DNA from: Chiloscyllium plagiosum
Taxonomy: Eukaryota
DNA: 60,563 nt
Reading direction: 5' to 3'
Assembly (NCBI RefSeq): GCF_004010195.1
Contig: NC_057719.1
Location: forward strand, 37,386,138 to 37,446,700
Part shown: piece by piece, positions 48,981 to 60,563 of the stretch
Layout of the letters: the number at the start of each line of letters is the position of its first letter
Position numbering within the stretch: the stretch's first letter is position 1
Made by a program: the position numbers and the translations under genes
The notes under the pieces: model-generated
Database searches by the model: none
What the model saw: only the letters and a program-made list of their open reading frames with translations
What the model was told of the DNA's origin: nothing

Positions 48981-50447
48981 AGGAGAAAGTGAGGATTGCA
49001 GATGCTGGAGAGTCAGAGTTGGAAAGTGTGGCACTGGAAAAGCATCCGAGGAGCAAGAGAGTCAACATTTTGGGCATAAGCCCTTCATCAGGAATGTGGA
49101 GGGGGAAGGGGATAAGAGATAAATAGGAGGGTGGGGGTGGGGCTGGGAGGAAGGTAGCTGGGAAGGCTGGTGGATGCAGGTGAGGGGTGATAGTGGTAGG
49201 TGGGGAGGGTGGAGTGGATAGGTGGGAAGGAAGAGGGGCAGGTCATGAGGGTGGTGCCGAGTTGGTGGGCTGGATCTGGGATAAGGCAGAGGGTGAGGAG
49301 ATTTGGAAACTAGTAAAGTCAATGTTGATGCTGTGTGGTCCCAAGTCGGTATATGAGGCTTTCTTCCTCCAGTTGTCGTTGACTTGGATTTGGTGGTGGA
49401 GGAGGCCCAGGACTTGCATGTCCTTAGGGCAATGGGAGGGGGTGTTGAAGTGGTGGACCACAGGACAGAAGGGTTGTTTGGTGTGTGTGTGTCCCAGAGA
49501 TATTCCCTGAAATGTTCTGCGAGTTGGTGTTTTGTCTCCCCGATGTAGAGGAGACCACATTGAGAGCAATGGAAGTTGATATGGTGGGTGGATGTGAAAA
49601 GATCCTTTGGGGCCTTGGACGGAGGTGAGGGGGGAGGTGTGGGTGCAGGCTTTGCATCTCTTGCAGCAGCAAGGGAAGTTGTGGGAAGTGAAGTGTGGGT
49701 TGGTGGGGTGCCTGGACCTAACAAGGGAATCGCAGAGGGGATGGTCTTTGCAGAATGCAGATAAGGGTGGGGAGGGAAATCTGTCTGTAGTGGTGGCATC
49801 TAATTGTAAATGGTGGAAATGATGAAGAATAATATACTGTATCTGGAGATTAGTGAAGTGGTAGGTAAGGACCAGGGAGTTTATATCCTTGTTGCAGTTG
49901 GAGGGGTGGGGTTCAAGAGCAGACGTGCGGGCAGTGGAGGAGATGCCTTGGAGGGCATTGTTGATCATGTGGGAGGGGAAATTGCAGTCCCTGAAATAGG
50001 AGGACATCTGGGATGACCTGGATTGAAATTCTCCTCCTGGGAGCAGATATGGCAGAGGAATTGGGAGTAAGGATTGTGATTTTACAGGAGGGGAGGTGGA
50101 AGGAGGTGTAGTCAAGAGCTGTGGGAGTCAGTGGGTTTGAAATAGATGTCTGGGTTGAATTGGTTGCTGGAGATGCAGACAGAGGTCCAAGAGGGGGAGG
50201 GAGGTGTCGGAGATGGTACAAGTGAACTTAAGGTCAGGATGGAATGTGTTGGTGAAGTTGATGAACTGTTCAACATCCTCGTGGGAACACAAAGTGGAAC
50301 CAATACATTCATCAATGTAGTGGAGGAAAAGCTGGGGAATGGTGCCAGTGTAACTAGGAAAGCTGGACTGTTCCATGTATCTGATGAAGAGGCAGCACAG
50401 CTGAGCCCATGGCTACCCCTCTGGTCTGATGGAAATGGGAGGATTCA
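48981..50447 (-). mobile_element. Truncated Penelope-like element (RT C-terminus, GIY-YIG, terminal repeat)
   Basis: LFLHYIDE..EQFINFTNTFHPDLKFT, and CSQCGLLYIGETKHQLAEHFREY. The hammerhead remnant at 49061-49095 has GAAA mutated to AAAA. Confidence 0.92.
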
Positions 50448-50479
50448 AATACAATGACAGGTTTCATGGTTAAGTACAT

Positions 50480-50965
50480 AACACATAGGAGCAGAAGTAG
50501 GCCATTCGGCCCAATGTTATTCAATAAAATCATGGTGAATCAAATAATACTTAACTCTGCTTCTCCATCTTAGCTCCTTGTACTCCTTGGAATACAGATG
50601 AATGAGAGGCAAATGTATTGAAACATAGAAGATTCTCAGGGGACTTGGCAGGGTAAATGGTAAAAGATTGACTCCATTGTGGGAGAGTCTAGAACCAAAG
50701 GGTATAACCTCCGAATAAAGCGTCACACATCTAAGATAGAAATGAGGAGGAATTTCTTCTCAGGATGGAGGGGGGAAGTAAATCTGTAAAATTCTTCATG
50801 CAGACTGGGTCATTAGTTACATTCAAGACCAAAATGGACAAACTTTTAATCAGTAAGGGAATCAACGATCACAGAGAAAAGGCAGGAAAATGGAGTTGAG
50901 CATTATCAGATCGGCCATGAACTCATTGAATGGTACAGCAGACTTTGCGCTGAATGGCCTACTTT
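50480..50965. mobile_element. Old CR1 3' fragments in both orientations
   Basis: Minus-strand tail at about 50480-50570, then plus-strand RT C-terminus and 3' UTR to about 50965. Confidence 0.6.
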
Positions 50966-52049
50966 TTACAATTGTGTGAGAGGGGAGGGGTAGGTTGTTA
51001 ATAGGGTAATTTTTATAAGATACAGTGCAAAATCTCACCCGGCATCATGGAGGGAAACCCTCTGTAAAACCTGACAAAGGTAACAGCCAAAAAAACCCAG
51101 AAAAATTCAACCCACAGCTTCAGTCACATATTCAGTTCTATACTTAGTTTACATACATCTCACAGGTATCAGACACAATCCTGCAGTCTCCAGGAATTTA
51201 TGATGAATCTCTAGGATACTGCTGTATGCAATCTGGGAAAGAAATCACAGAGCCACTAACTATTATGACATTCCCTTTGAACTATTTATAAAAATACTGA
51301 AACAGGGGAAAAGGTGGTTGTTTGGCTGACAGGCAAACTTCTTCCAATTGGGTAATGGATCTTCCTGCTTTCCAATCGGCATACGGTGCGTTAGTCAACA
51401 AACGCCTAAAGCATTAGGGCAAGATCTGTGATGAAACTTTCAGGAATGGATTTAATCACAATTAGCAACCCTAATTTCACACCTTTATAGCAATGGGAAG
51501 AACCAAAGACATATTCTCACTGTGAGGTATGTGCCAGAAACTGCAAATATAATTAGCACAACAAAAGCATCTTTTCTCTTCCTATACACTACATTGCATG
51601 AAGAACTGATTTGAGGATTTATGATAATTTTCATTTTGCAGTGAAATCAAGAATGATCAATTCATCATGTTAACAAATCCTCATTCTGGTTTGTTGTCAT
51701 GATGAAAAGAGAGGAGAGAACACTCTATTTTATCATCTTTTCCACAGGTAAGGCTCTAAAGACAAATGCAACAATTTGCTCTGAAACTGATTCCTCCCTC
51801 AACAGCCGTCACAGCAATCCACACGTAGTAACAGTAAATGTCAAGCATGTCTTAGGAAGAGGTAATGGCAATGATACAGTCATACTCACTGAGTTGTATC
51901 CTGCAGACTATGTCCCAGAACACCATCAATGTCTGTCCCCAGTGCAGGGCAGACCCAGCAGAGAGGACAGCACCGAAGCAATCAGAAAGCACTGGCCATG
52001 GTAATCCTCAACATTTACTCCAAATCCCATCAAGTCTTGTAGCACTAGG

Positions 52050-54795
52050 TCAAACACAGGCAAGGAAACATCTTGCTGGTTACCACTTACTACATCCTCC
52101 TCGGTGACAAATCAGTATCCCATTTTGAAATGCGGTTGGAGGAAGCGCTGAGGGTAGAAAAGAACAGAATGGACTCTGGGTGGAGGACGCCAAAGGCCGT
52201 CATCAAGAATGGCTCAGCTGCATCATCACCGACTGAGCCAGTCAAATATTAAAAGACATAGCTTTTAGACATGGTCTGCAGAAAGTGGTGAGGAAACCAA
52301 CAAGAGGGAATAACATACTTGACCTCATCTTCATCAATCTGCCTACCACAGGTGCATCTGTCCATGGCAGTATTGGTAAGAATGACCCTCCACACAGTTA
52401 CCATGGAGATGAAGTTTCCTTTCACATTGAGAATGCCCTCCATTATATAGATTAGATTCCCTACATTGTGGAAACAGGCCCTTTGGCCCAACTAGTCCAC
52501 ACTGACCCTCTGAAAAGTAACCCACCCAGCCCATTTCCCTCTGACTAATGCACCTAACACTATGAGCAACTTAGCAAGGCCAATTGACCTGACCTGCACA
52601 TCTTTGGACTGTGGGAGGAAACTGGGGCACCCAGAGGAAATCCACACAGATATGAGGAGAATGTGAAAACTCCACACAGACAGTCATCCGAGGCTGGAAT
52701 CAAAGCTGGGAACCTGCGCTGTGAGGCAGCAGTGCTAATCACTGAGCCACCTTGCTGTCCCAATATTGCTTGGTACTATCACTACGATAATTGGGATGGA
52801 TTTCAAACACATTCAGCAACTCAAGACTGGGCAGCTCCTGTGGGCCAACAGCAGCAGAACTGTACTCCAATACAATCTGCAATCTAATGGCTGCCTATCA
52901 TTACATCATGCCACAGGATCAGCTCTGGAACAATGAAGAATGAATGACAGGACAGCATCAGGGCATAAAAATGAGGTGTCAACCTGGAGAAATTACATGA
53001 CAGGAATACTTGCGCATCAACAGCATAAGCAGCAAGACATAGACAGAAGCTAGCAATTCCACAACACACAGATCAGATGTAAGCTCTGCAGTCTTGCCAC
53101 ATCCAGCAGTGAGTGGTGGTCAATTAAACAACTCAGTGGAGGGTGCTCCACAAATCTCCCCATCCTCAATGGGTGGCCACCACATCAATGCAAAAGGTAA
53201 GAATGAAGCATTTACAACAGTCCTCGACCAGAAGTCCCCATCGTCACAGATGCTAGTCTTCAGCCAATTCGATTCAGTTCATGCAATACCAAGAAATAGC
53301 TGAAAGCACTAGGTACTACAAGTTTGGGCCCAGGCAATATTCTGGCAGAAGTACTGAAGACTTGTGCTCCAGGCTGTTTCAGTACAGTTACAATACTGGC
53401 ATCTATCCAAGAATAAGAAAAATCACCCAGATATGTCCTGTACACAAAACGCAGGACAAATCCAACCTGACCAATTAATACTCCATCAGCCCACTCTCAA
53501 TCAACAGTAAAGTGATGGAAGGTGTCATCAACAGTACTATCAGCACTGTTCCCTTAGCAACAACATGCTCACTAATGCTCTGTTTGAGTTCCAGCAGGGT
53601 CACTCAACTCTTGATCTCATTACAACCTTGGTTCAAATGTAGACAAACAGCTGAACCACAGAGTTTATGAGAGGGAGTGCCTTCAAGATCAAGAATGCAT
53701 TCAACTTTGTTTGGCATCAAGAGCCCAAACAAAACTAGCAGGAATGGGAATCAGTGGGAAACCTCTCTCCTGGTTGGAGTCATATATCTGGCACATAGGA
53801 ATATGGTTGTGGTTGTTGGATGTCAGTCATCTCAGCTCCAGCACATCTCTGCAGGAGTTCCTCTGGGTAGTGTCCTAGGCCCACCCATTTTCAGCTGCTT
53901 CATCATGTAAGGTCAAAAATGGGGATGTTCATGGATTATGGCACAACATTCAGGACCATTTGTGACTCCTGGAGCAGGCCACATTCAAACGCAGCAAGAC
54001 AATATCCAGGTTTGGGTTGACAAGTGGCAAGTAAGATTTGTACCATATAAATGCCAGGCTATGAATACCTCCAAAAACAATGAATCTAACCATCATTCCC
54101 ATTATCTCTTATTGAATCAACATCACTATCAACATCCCAAGTACTAACATCGTGGTTGATGTCATCTTGACTTCAACTCCATTTTCATGCCCACGACCCA
54201 TAACAAATTAAAAATCTGTCTATCTCCTCCTTAAATTTACTCAATGTCACCACATTACCACACTCTGGGGTAGTGAATTCTTAAGATTCACAATAATTTA
54301 AATGATGTAATTTCTCATTTGTCTATTTCAATCTGCCATCCAAAACTATGACCTCTCCTTTTAGACTGGCCGACTTGAGGAAACATCCTCTCTATGTCTA
54401 CTTTGTTAATCCCCTTTATATACTCAATTAGATGTCCTCTCATTCTTCTAAACTTTAGGGAGTATACTCCTAAACTGCTTATCATGGTTCCTTTGGCAGT
54501 ACTTTCCAAACTTATGACAGGCACGGGCAGTAGATACATAGGAACACTACCACCTGCATGTTCACCTCCAAGCCACTCACCATCCTGACTTGGAAGTGCA
54601 TTGCTGTTCCCTCTGTGTCACTGGGTTAAAATCCTGGACCTCCACCTCAAACAGCATTGTGAGGGGTAGCAACAGCAAATGGAACTGCAGCAGTCAAGAA
54701 GGCAGCTCGCCATCAAAATTCAAGGGCAATTCGGATTAGGTAATAAATGCTGGACCAGCCAGCAAAGCCCACCTCCCATGGATCGATTAAAACAA
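52050..54795 (+). mobile_element. Old CR1-group LINE of a second family (endonuclease-RT remnants and tail), with nested SINE and CR1 pieces
   Basis: HQEWL, PTRGNNILDL, CPVHKTQDKSN and GVPLGSVLGPPIFSCFI. Tail aataaatgctggaccagccagcaaagcccacctcccatg. Confidence 0.8.
52449..52760 (-). mobile_element. HE1-type SINE
   Basis: tRNA-like head, conserved body and (atcta)n tail. Confidence 0.9.
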
Positions 54796-57700
54796 AAGCC
54801 AAGCTTAACTGTGCAGTGCTTAAAATGAGACTTGTGTTGTGAGATGTACAGAACCGATTTATCATGAGTAACTGAACAATCAGTGTGTAACTCCTAGTGA
54901 GACGCACAGCACTGTAAGGAATGCAGGCTGACACTAGTATTATCTTAATTAAAAGCTCTATATGAGGCTTTGGCGAACAAATTAGTTTCTCTACTAAAAC
55001 TGGTTCAACTGGTTTGTGATGAATTAAAGGAGTTTCTCAGAAGAGCTAGAAATAATTTATAAACCCACATTGTTAAAGGTGCTGGACAAAAAATGGATGA
55101 TTCATATCCTAAAACAAAATTAGCATGGAGATTTTTCTACTTCAGATTAAACTTTAGTTCAGGCTGCCACAGAGTCACAGAGGTGTACGGCACAGAAACA
55201 GACCCTTCGGTCCAACTCGTCCATCAGATGTCGACCAGATATCCCAGCCCAATCTAGTCCCACCTGCCAGCACCAAACCCATCTCCCTCCAAACCCTTCC
55301 TATTCATATGCTTTTAAATGTTACAATTATACCAGCCTCCACCACTTCCTCTGGCAGCTCATTCCATACACGTACCACCCTCTGTGTGAAAATGTTGCCT
55401 TTTAGGTCCCTTTTATATCTTTCCCCTCACACCCTAAAACTATGCTCTCTAGTTCTGGACTCCCCCATCCCAGGGAAAAGACTTTGTCTATTTACCCTAT
55501 CCATGCCCCTCATGATTTTGTAAACCTCTATTATGTCACCCCTCAGCCTCTGACGCTCCAGGGAAAACAGCCCCAGCCTGTTCAACCTCTCCCGATAGCA
55601 CAAATCCTCAAACCCTGGCAACATCCTTGTAAATCTTTTCTGAACCCTTTCAAGTTTCACAACATCCTTCCAATATGAAGGAGACTAGGATTGATCGCAA
55701 TATTCCAACAGTGGCCTAACCAATGTCATGTACAGCCGCAACATGACCTCCCAGCTCCTGTACTCAATTCTCTGACCAATAAAGGGAAGCATACCAAATT
55801 CTTTCTTCACTATCCTATCTACCTGCGACTCTACTTTCAAGTAGCTATGAACCTGCACTCCAAGGTCTCCCTATTCAGCAACAGCCCACCCCAGCACCCC
55901 ACCATTATGTGTACAAGTCTTGCGAAGATTTGCATCCCCAAAACAGAGCATCTCGCATCGATCCAAATCGAACTCCATCTGCCACCTCCCAGCTCACTGG
56001 CCCATCCAGTCAAGATCCCACTGTAATCTGAAGCAACCCTCCTTGCTATCTACTACACCTCCAATTTTGGTATCATCTGGAAACTTACTAACTGTACCTC
56101 TTATGCTCACATCCGCATCATTTATGTAAATGACAGAAAGTAGTCGACCCATCACCGATTCTTGTGGCACTCCACTGGTTACGGGCCTCCAGTTTGAAAA
56201 ACAACCCTCTACCACCACCCTCTGTCTCCTACCTTTGAGCCAGTTCTTTGCTAACCAGTCTCCCACATGGAGCCTTATCGAGCACCTTACTGAAGTCCAT
56301 ATAGATCATATCACCACTCTGCCCTCATCAATCCTCTTTGTTACTTCTTCAAAAAACTCAATCAAGTTTGTGAGACATGATTTCCCACATACACAGCCAC
56401 ATTGACTATCCCTAATCAGTCCTTGTTTTTACAAATACATGTATACCCTGTCCCTCAGGAATCCCTCCAACAACTTGCCCACCACCGGTGTCAGGCTACC
56501 AGTCTATAGTTCCCTAGCTTGTCCTTACCATCTTTTTTAAGAAGGCTGGAGGTTAGCCAACCTCCAGTTTCCTGGCACCTCACCTGTCTCAGCAAGGGGC
56601 CCAGCAATCACTTCCCTAGCTTCCCAAAGAGTTCTAATATATACCTAATCAGGTCCTGGTGACTTATCCACTTTTACGTGTTTCAAGACATCCAGCACTT
56701 CCTCTGTAATATGGACATTTTTCAAGATGTCTCCATCTATTTCCCAATATTCTATATCTTCCATGTCCTTTTCCACAGTAAATGCTGATGCAAAATACTC
56801 ATTTAGTATCTCCCCATTTTCTGCGGCTCCACACAAAGGCTGCCTTGCTGATCTTTGAGGGGCCCTATTCTCTCCCTAGTTACCCTTTTGTCCTTAATGT
56901 ATTTGTAAAAACCCTTTGGATTCTCCTTAACTCTATTTGCCATATCTATCATATCCTATTTTTGCCCTCCTGATTTCCTTTTTAAGTAAACTCCGACTGC
57001 CTTTATACTCTTCGAAGGATTAATTTGATCTATCCTGTCTATACTTGACATATGTTTCCTTCTTTTCCTTAACCAACACCTCAATTTCTTTAGTCATCCA
57101 GCATTCCCTATACCTACCAGCCTTTCCTTTCACCCTAACAGGAATATACTTTCTCTGGACTTTCGATATCTCATTTCTGAAGGCTTCCCATTTTCCAGCT
57201 GTCCCTTTACCGTGAACATCTGCCCCCAATCAGCTTTAGAAAGTTCTTGCCTAATACTGTCAAAATTAGCCTTCCTCCAATTTAGAACTTCAACTTTTAG
57301 ATCTACACTATCCTTTTCCATCACTGTTTTAAAACAAATAGAATTATGGTCACTGGCCCCAAAGGGCTCCCCCACTGACACCTCAGTCACCTGCCCTGCC
57401 TTATTTCCCAAGAGTAGGTCAAGTTTTGCACCTTCTGTAGTAAGTACATCCACACACAGAATCAGAAAATTTTCCTGTACTCACTTAACAAATTCTTCTC
57501 CAACTAAACCCTTAACACTATGGCAGTCCCAGTCGATGTTTGGAAAGTTAAAATCCCCTACCATAACCACCCTATTATTCTTACAGATAACTAAGATCTC
57601 CTTACAAATTTGTTTCTCAATTTCCCTCTGACTATTAGCGGGTCTATAATACAATCCCAATAAGGTGATCATCCCTTTCTTATTTCTCAGTTCCACCCAA

Positions 57701-57947
57701 ATAACTTCCCTGGATATTTTCCCAGGAATATCCTCCCTCATCACAGCTGTAATGCTATCCCTTATCAAAAACGCCACTTTCCCCTCCTCTCTTGCCTCCC
57801 TTTCTATCCTTCCTATAACATTTGTATCCTGGAACGTTAAGCTGCCAGTGTTGTCCATCCCTGAGCCATGCTTCTGTAATTGCTATGATATCCCATTCCC
57901 ATGTTCCTAACCATGCCCTGAGTTCATCTGCCTTCCCTGTTAGGCTT

Positions 57948-58096
57948 CTTGCTTTGAAATAAATGCAGTTTAATTTATCATTCCTACCATGTTCTCTGCT
58001 TTGTCCCTGCCTGCCCTGACTGCTTGCTTTGAAATAAATGCAGTTTAATTTATCATTCCTACCATGTTCTCTGTTTGTCCCTGCCTGCCCTGACTG
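57948..58096. repeat. Tandem duplication of about 75 bp inside the CR1
   Basis: 57948-58022 versus 58023-58096, differing by a 1-nt indel. Confidence 0.9.
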
Positions 58097-58450
58097 TTTG
58101 ACTCACTTCTTTTCTCAACTGTACCAGATCGATCTCTTTCCTCACTATCTCCCTGGGTCCCACCCCTCCACCTTAATAATTTAAATCCTCCTGAGCAGCT
58201 CTAGCAAATCTCCCTGCCAGTATATTAGTCCCCTTCCAATTCAGGTGCAATCCTTCCTCCTTGTACAGGTCAGTTCTACCCCCAAAGAGCTTCCAATGAT
58301 CCAAAAATGTGAATCCTTCTCCCATACACCAGTTCCTCAGCCAAGCATTCATCTACTCTATCCTCCCATTCCTACCCTCACTAGTTCGCAGCACCAGGAA
58401 TAATCCAGATATTACTAATCTCAAGGATTTTTAAAAAATTCCTGCCTTAG

Positions 58451-58688
58451 TGGGTGGCACGGTGGCACAGTGGTTAGCACTGCTGCCTCACAGCGCCAGA
58501 GACCCGGGTNNNNNNNNNNNNNNNNNNNNNNNNNNNNNNNNNNNNNNNNNNNNNNNNNNNNNNNNNNNNNNNNNNNNNNNNNNNNNNNNNNNNNNNNNNN
58601 NNNNNNNNNNNNNNNNNNNNNNNNNNNNACTTGTTGGGCCGAAGGGCCTGTTTCCACACTGTAATGTAATCTAATCTAATCTAATCTA
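58451..58688 (+). mobile_element. Young HE1-type SINE spanning an assembly gap (N at 58510-58628)
   Basis: Intact head and (atcta)n tail on either side of the N run. Confidence 0.9.
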
Positions 58689-60245
58689 ACTCTCCAAATT
58701 CTCCCTTCAGAATCTCATCCTTTTCCTTTCCTATGTCACTGGTTCGAATGTGTGCAATGACTTCCTTCGGGTCCCTCTCCCCCGGAGAAGATTCTGCACC
58801 CTCTCTGAGACATCCTTGATCCTGGCACTAGGGAGGCAACACACAATTCTGATTTCTCGCTGCTGGCCACAGAAATGTCTGTCTCTGCCTCGGACTAGAG
58901 AGTCCCCTATCACAATTGATCTCTTGGAACCCAACGTACCCCTTGTTGCATTACAGCCAGTCTCGATACCAGACCAGAAATTTTGCTGTTCATGCTACAT
59001 TCCCCTGAGAATCCATCACCCCCTACATTTTCCAAAACAGCATATTTGTTTGAAATGGGTTAGCCACAGCAGACTCCTGCACTACCTGCCTACCTCTCTT
59101 ACCTTTCCTGGAGTTAACCCATCTCTGTGACTGTATCTACAACTTTTCTCCCTTCCTATAATTGCCATCCATCACATTCCCTTGCTCTTTTAAATTCCTC
59201 ATTGCCTCTAACTGTCTCTCCAAGCAATCCACTCAATCTAATCAGATTCGCAACCAACGGCATTTATTGCAGATATAATCCTCAGTAACATGTAGACTCT
59301 CCCTAAACACCCACATCCGACAAGAAGAGCAAATCACTCTACTAAATGCCATTTTTGCTTCTTTCAATCTATAGACCCAGAAAATAGTACTGTCTTATTC
59401 CTCTACAAAAAAGTGCTCCTGACTAACATAATACTTATGGCTTATATTTTTAAGTTTAATCAAGAGATGTATCTCAATAAAACATGTAATCAAGAAAGAA
59501 CCCGCTACTGCAGACTCACAGCAAGGCCACACTTAAAACTATTCATTTATCTGTCCTTGTGCTGTGACCTCTCCCAAACAGGTTCCTCCAAGATCAGTAG
59601 TAAATTTTGCTGTTTGTTAATTTTCCCAGATGTACTCCGATATCCAGAGATACATGAATTCAAACGGCAAAGGCAGTAACTGCGCAGGTTCACTGCTGTG
59701 TCAGGGATCAATGTGGGTTTCTTTCTTTCTCTCTCTCTCTCTCCTCCCCTGCACTGCCTAACCATTTTAAAAGTGCTGTTGTTTTGACTTTTTTCTCCAA
59801 AGTTCCAAAACAATGCAATGGCATATAAAACAGTAATTGCTCCTGGAATTCAAGGACACCTCCAACACCTAAAATACCTCAAAAAAGGTGCAGCCTGTTA
59901 CAGCCAGAAATTTTTCCCATCCTCCATCTTGGATTACCCAGCCATAACCAACCAAGAAAGAGCAGCAATCGACAAAACTGAGAGATCTTGAACGTCTTGG
60001 GCAAAACTGTTGAATATTACAGGGGAATGAATGGGCAAGCTGCAATGTTCACTCAAGACTGCACTTTGAATACTGTGTTCTGTACTGGTCACAAAGAAAC
60101 AACATTCAAATACAGAAAAAGATCAGGAGGATGATTTCCAACGTCAAGTCTGTGTTAGCAGGAGGGAGACAGACTTTGGCTTTTAAGATTGGAAAGAAGG
60201 TATCAGCATATATACAAATCGTTAGTGTTATTAAAAAGTTACCCT

Positions 60246-60563
60246 GGGGGATCCAAGATGGCGGCGACCCAGCAAGTCTGAGTCTATAGTGCTCCTCCCA
60301 AGACTTGGGCAAAGTGGGCCACCCACCCCACCACACTCACCAAATCATTTAAAATAGCTGTTTAATTTAATTAGTTGCTTAGTATTAAATTTAAACAATC
60401 TAATCTTTAGTAAAAATGACTAAAGGGAAGGGAGCCCGCAGCTCTCAGCAAGCAGGAACCCCTCCCCCTCTCCAGCTGCAGCAGAGGCATCCGCAGCCGC
60501 CCCGGGGGACTTACCTACGGTGGCGAGCCTCGTGGAAATCATCTCCAAACTGGATGCAAAGAT
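60246..60563 (+). mobile_element. 5' end of an L1-like LINE (5' UTR and start of ORF1), running off the window
   Basis: GGGGGATCCAAGATGGCGGCG start with a YY1-type motif. CpG-rich. ATG at 60416 (MTKGKGARSSQ...) with a probable frameshift in the poly-C run. Confidence 0.7.

Larger units (their letters stand above)
55168..59941 (-). mobile_element. Near-full-length decayed CR1 LINE, same family as 35975-40626
   Basis: Same 5' end (ctgggtaatccaagatggagg). ORF1 SIVIGDSLVRG; endonuclease GLYYRP, GDFNFP, SDH; RT motifs and tail at about 55170. Confidence 0.95.

Noticed and set aside
49062..50115. Long ORFs (245 and 290 aa) as host genes
   Set aside because: Frameshifted mosaics of PLE RT and GIY-YIG coding sequence.
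58451..58509. tRNA gene
   Set aside because: tRNA-derived SINE head that continues into a SINE tail; the same applies to the other HE1 copies.

Overview
Vertebrate genomic DNA, very probably from a shark, judged from HE1-type SINEs, elasmobranch-style CR1 LINEs and Penelope-like elements (PLEs). The window appears to lie inside one minus-strand gene, EML1 (echinoderm microtubule-associated protein-like 1). Two exons are clear: the coiled-coil/trimerisation exon (21496-21678) and the next exon (7306-7435). I did not find the canonical first exon (MEDGFSS...) or the HELP/WD40 exons, which presumably lie outside the window. The introns hold several phase-compatible candidate alternative exons (17286-17342, 42557-42998, 3881-4135, 9526-9562) and a compact promoter-motif cluster near 10.05 kb. 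The rest is a dense layer of mobile elements: two near-full-length CR1s in opposite orientation, truncated CR1 and L2 copies, an L1-like 5' end, tRNA-derived SINEs and a Tigger-like end. The most notable layer is many PLE terminal-repeat fragments carrying minimal hammerhead-ribozyme motifs, three of them inserted as fold-back palindromes with 14-15 bp target-site duplications (TSDs). All family assignments come from recalled motifs, not database searches, and the ends of old repeats are approximate.
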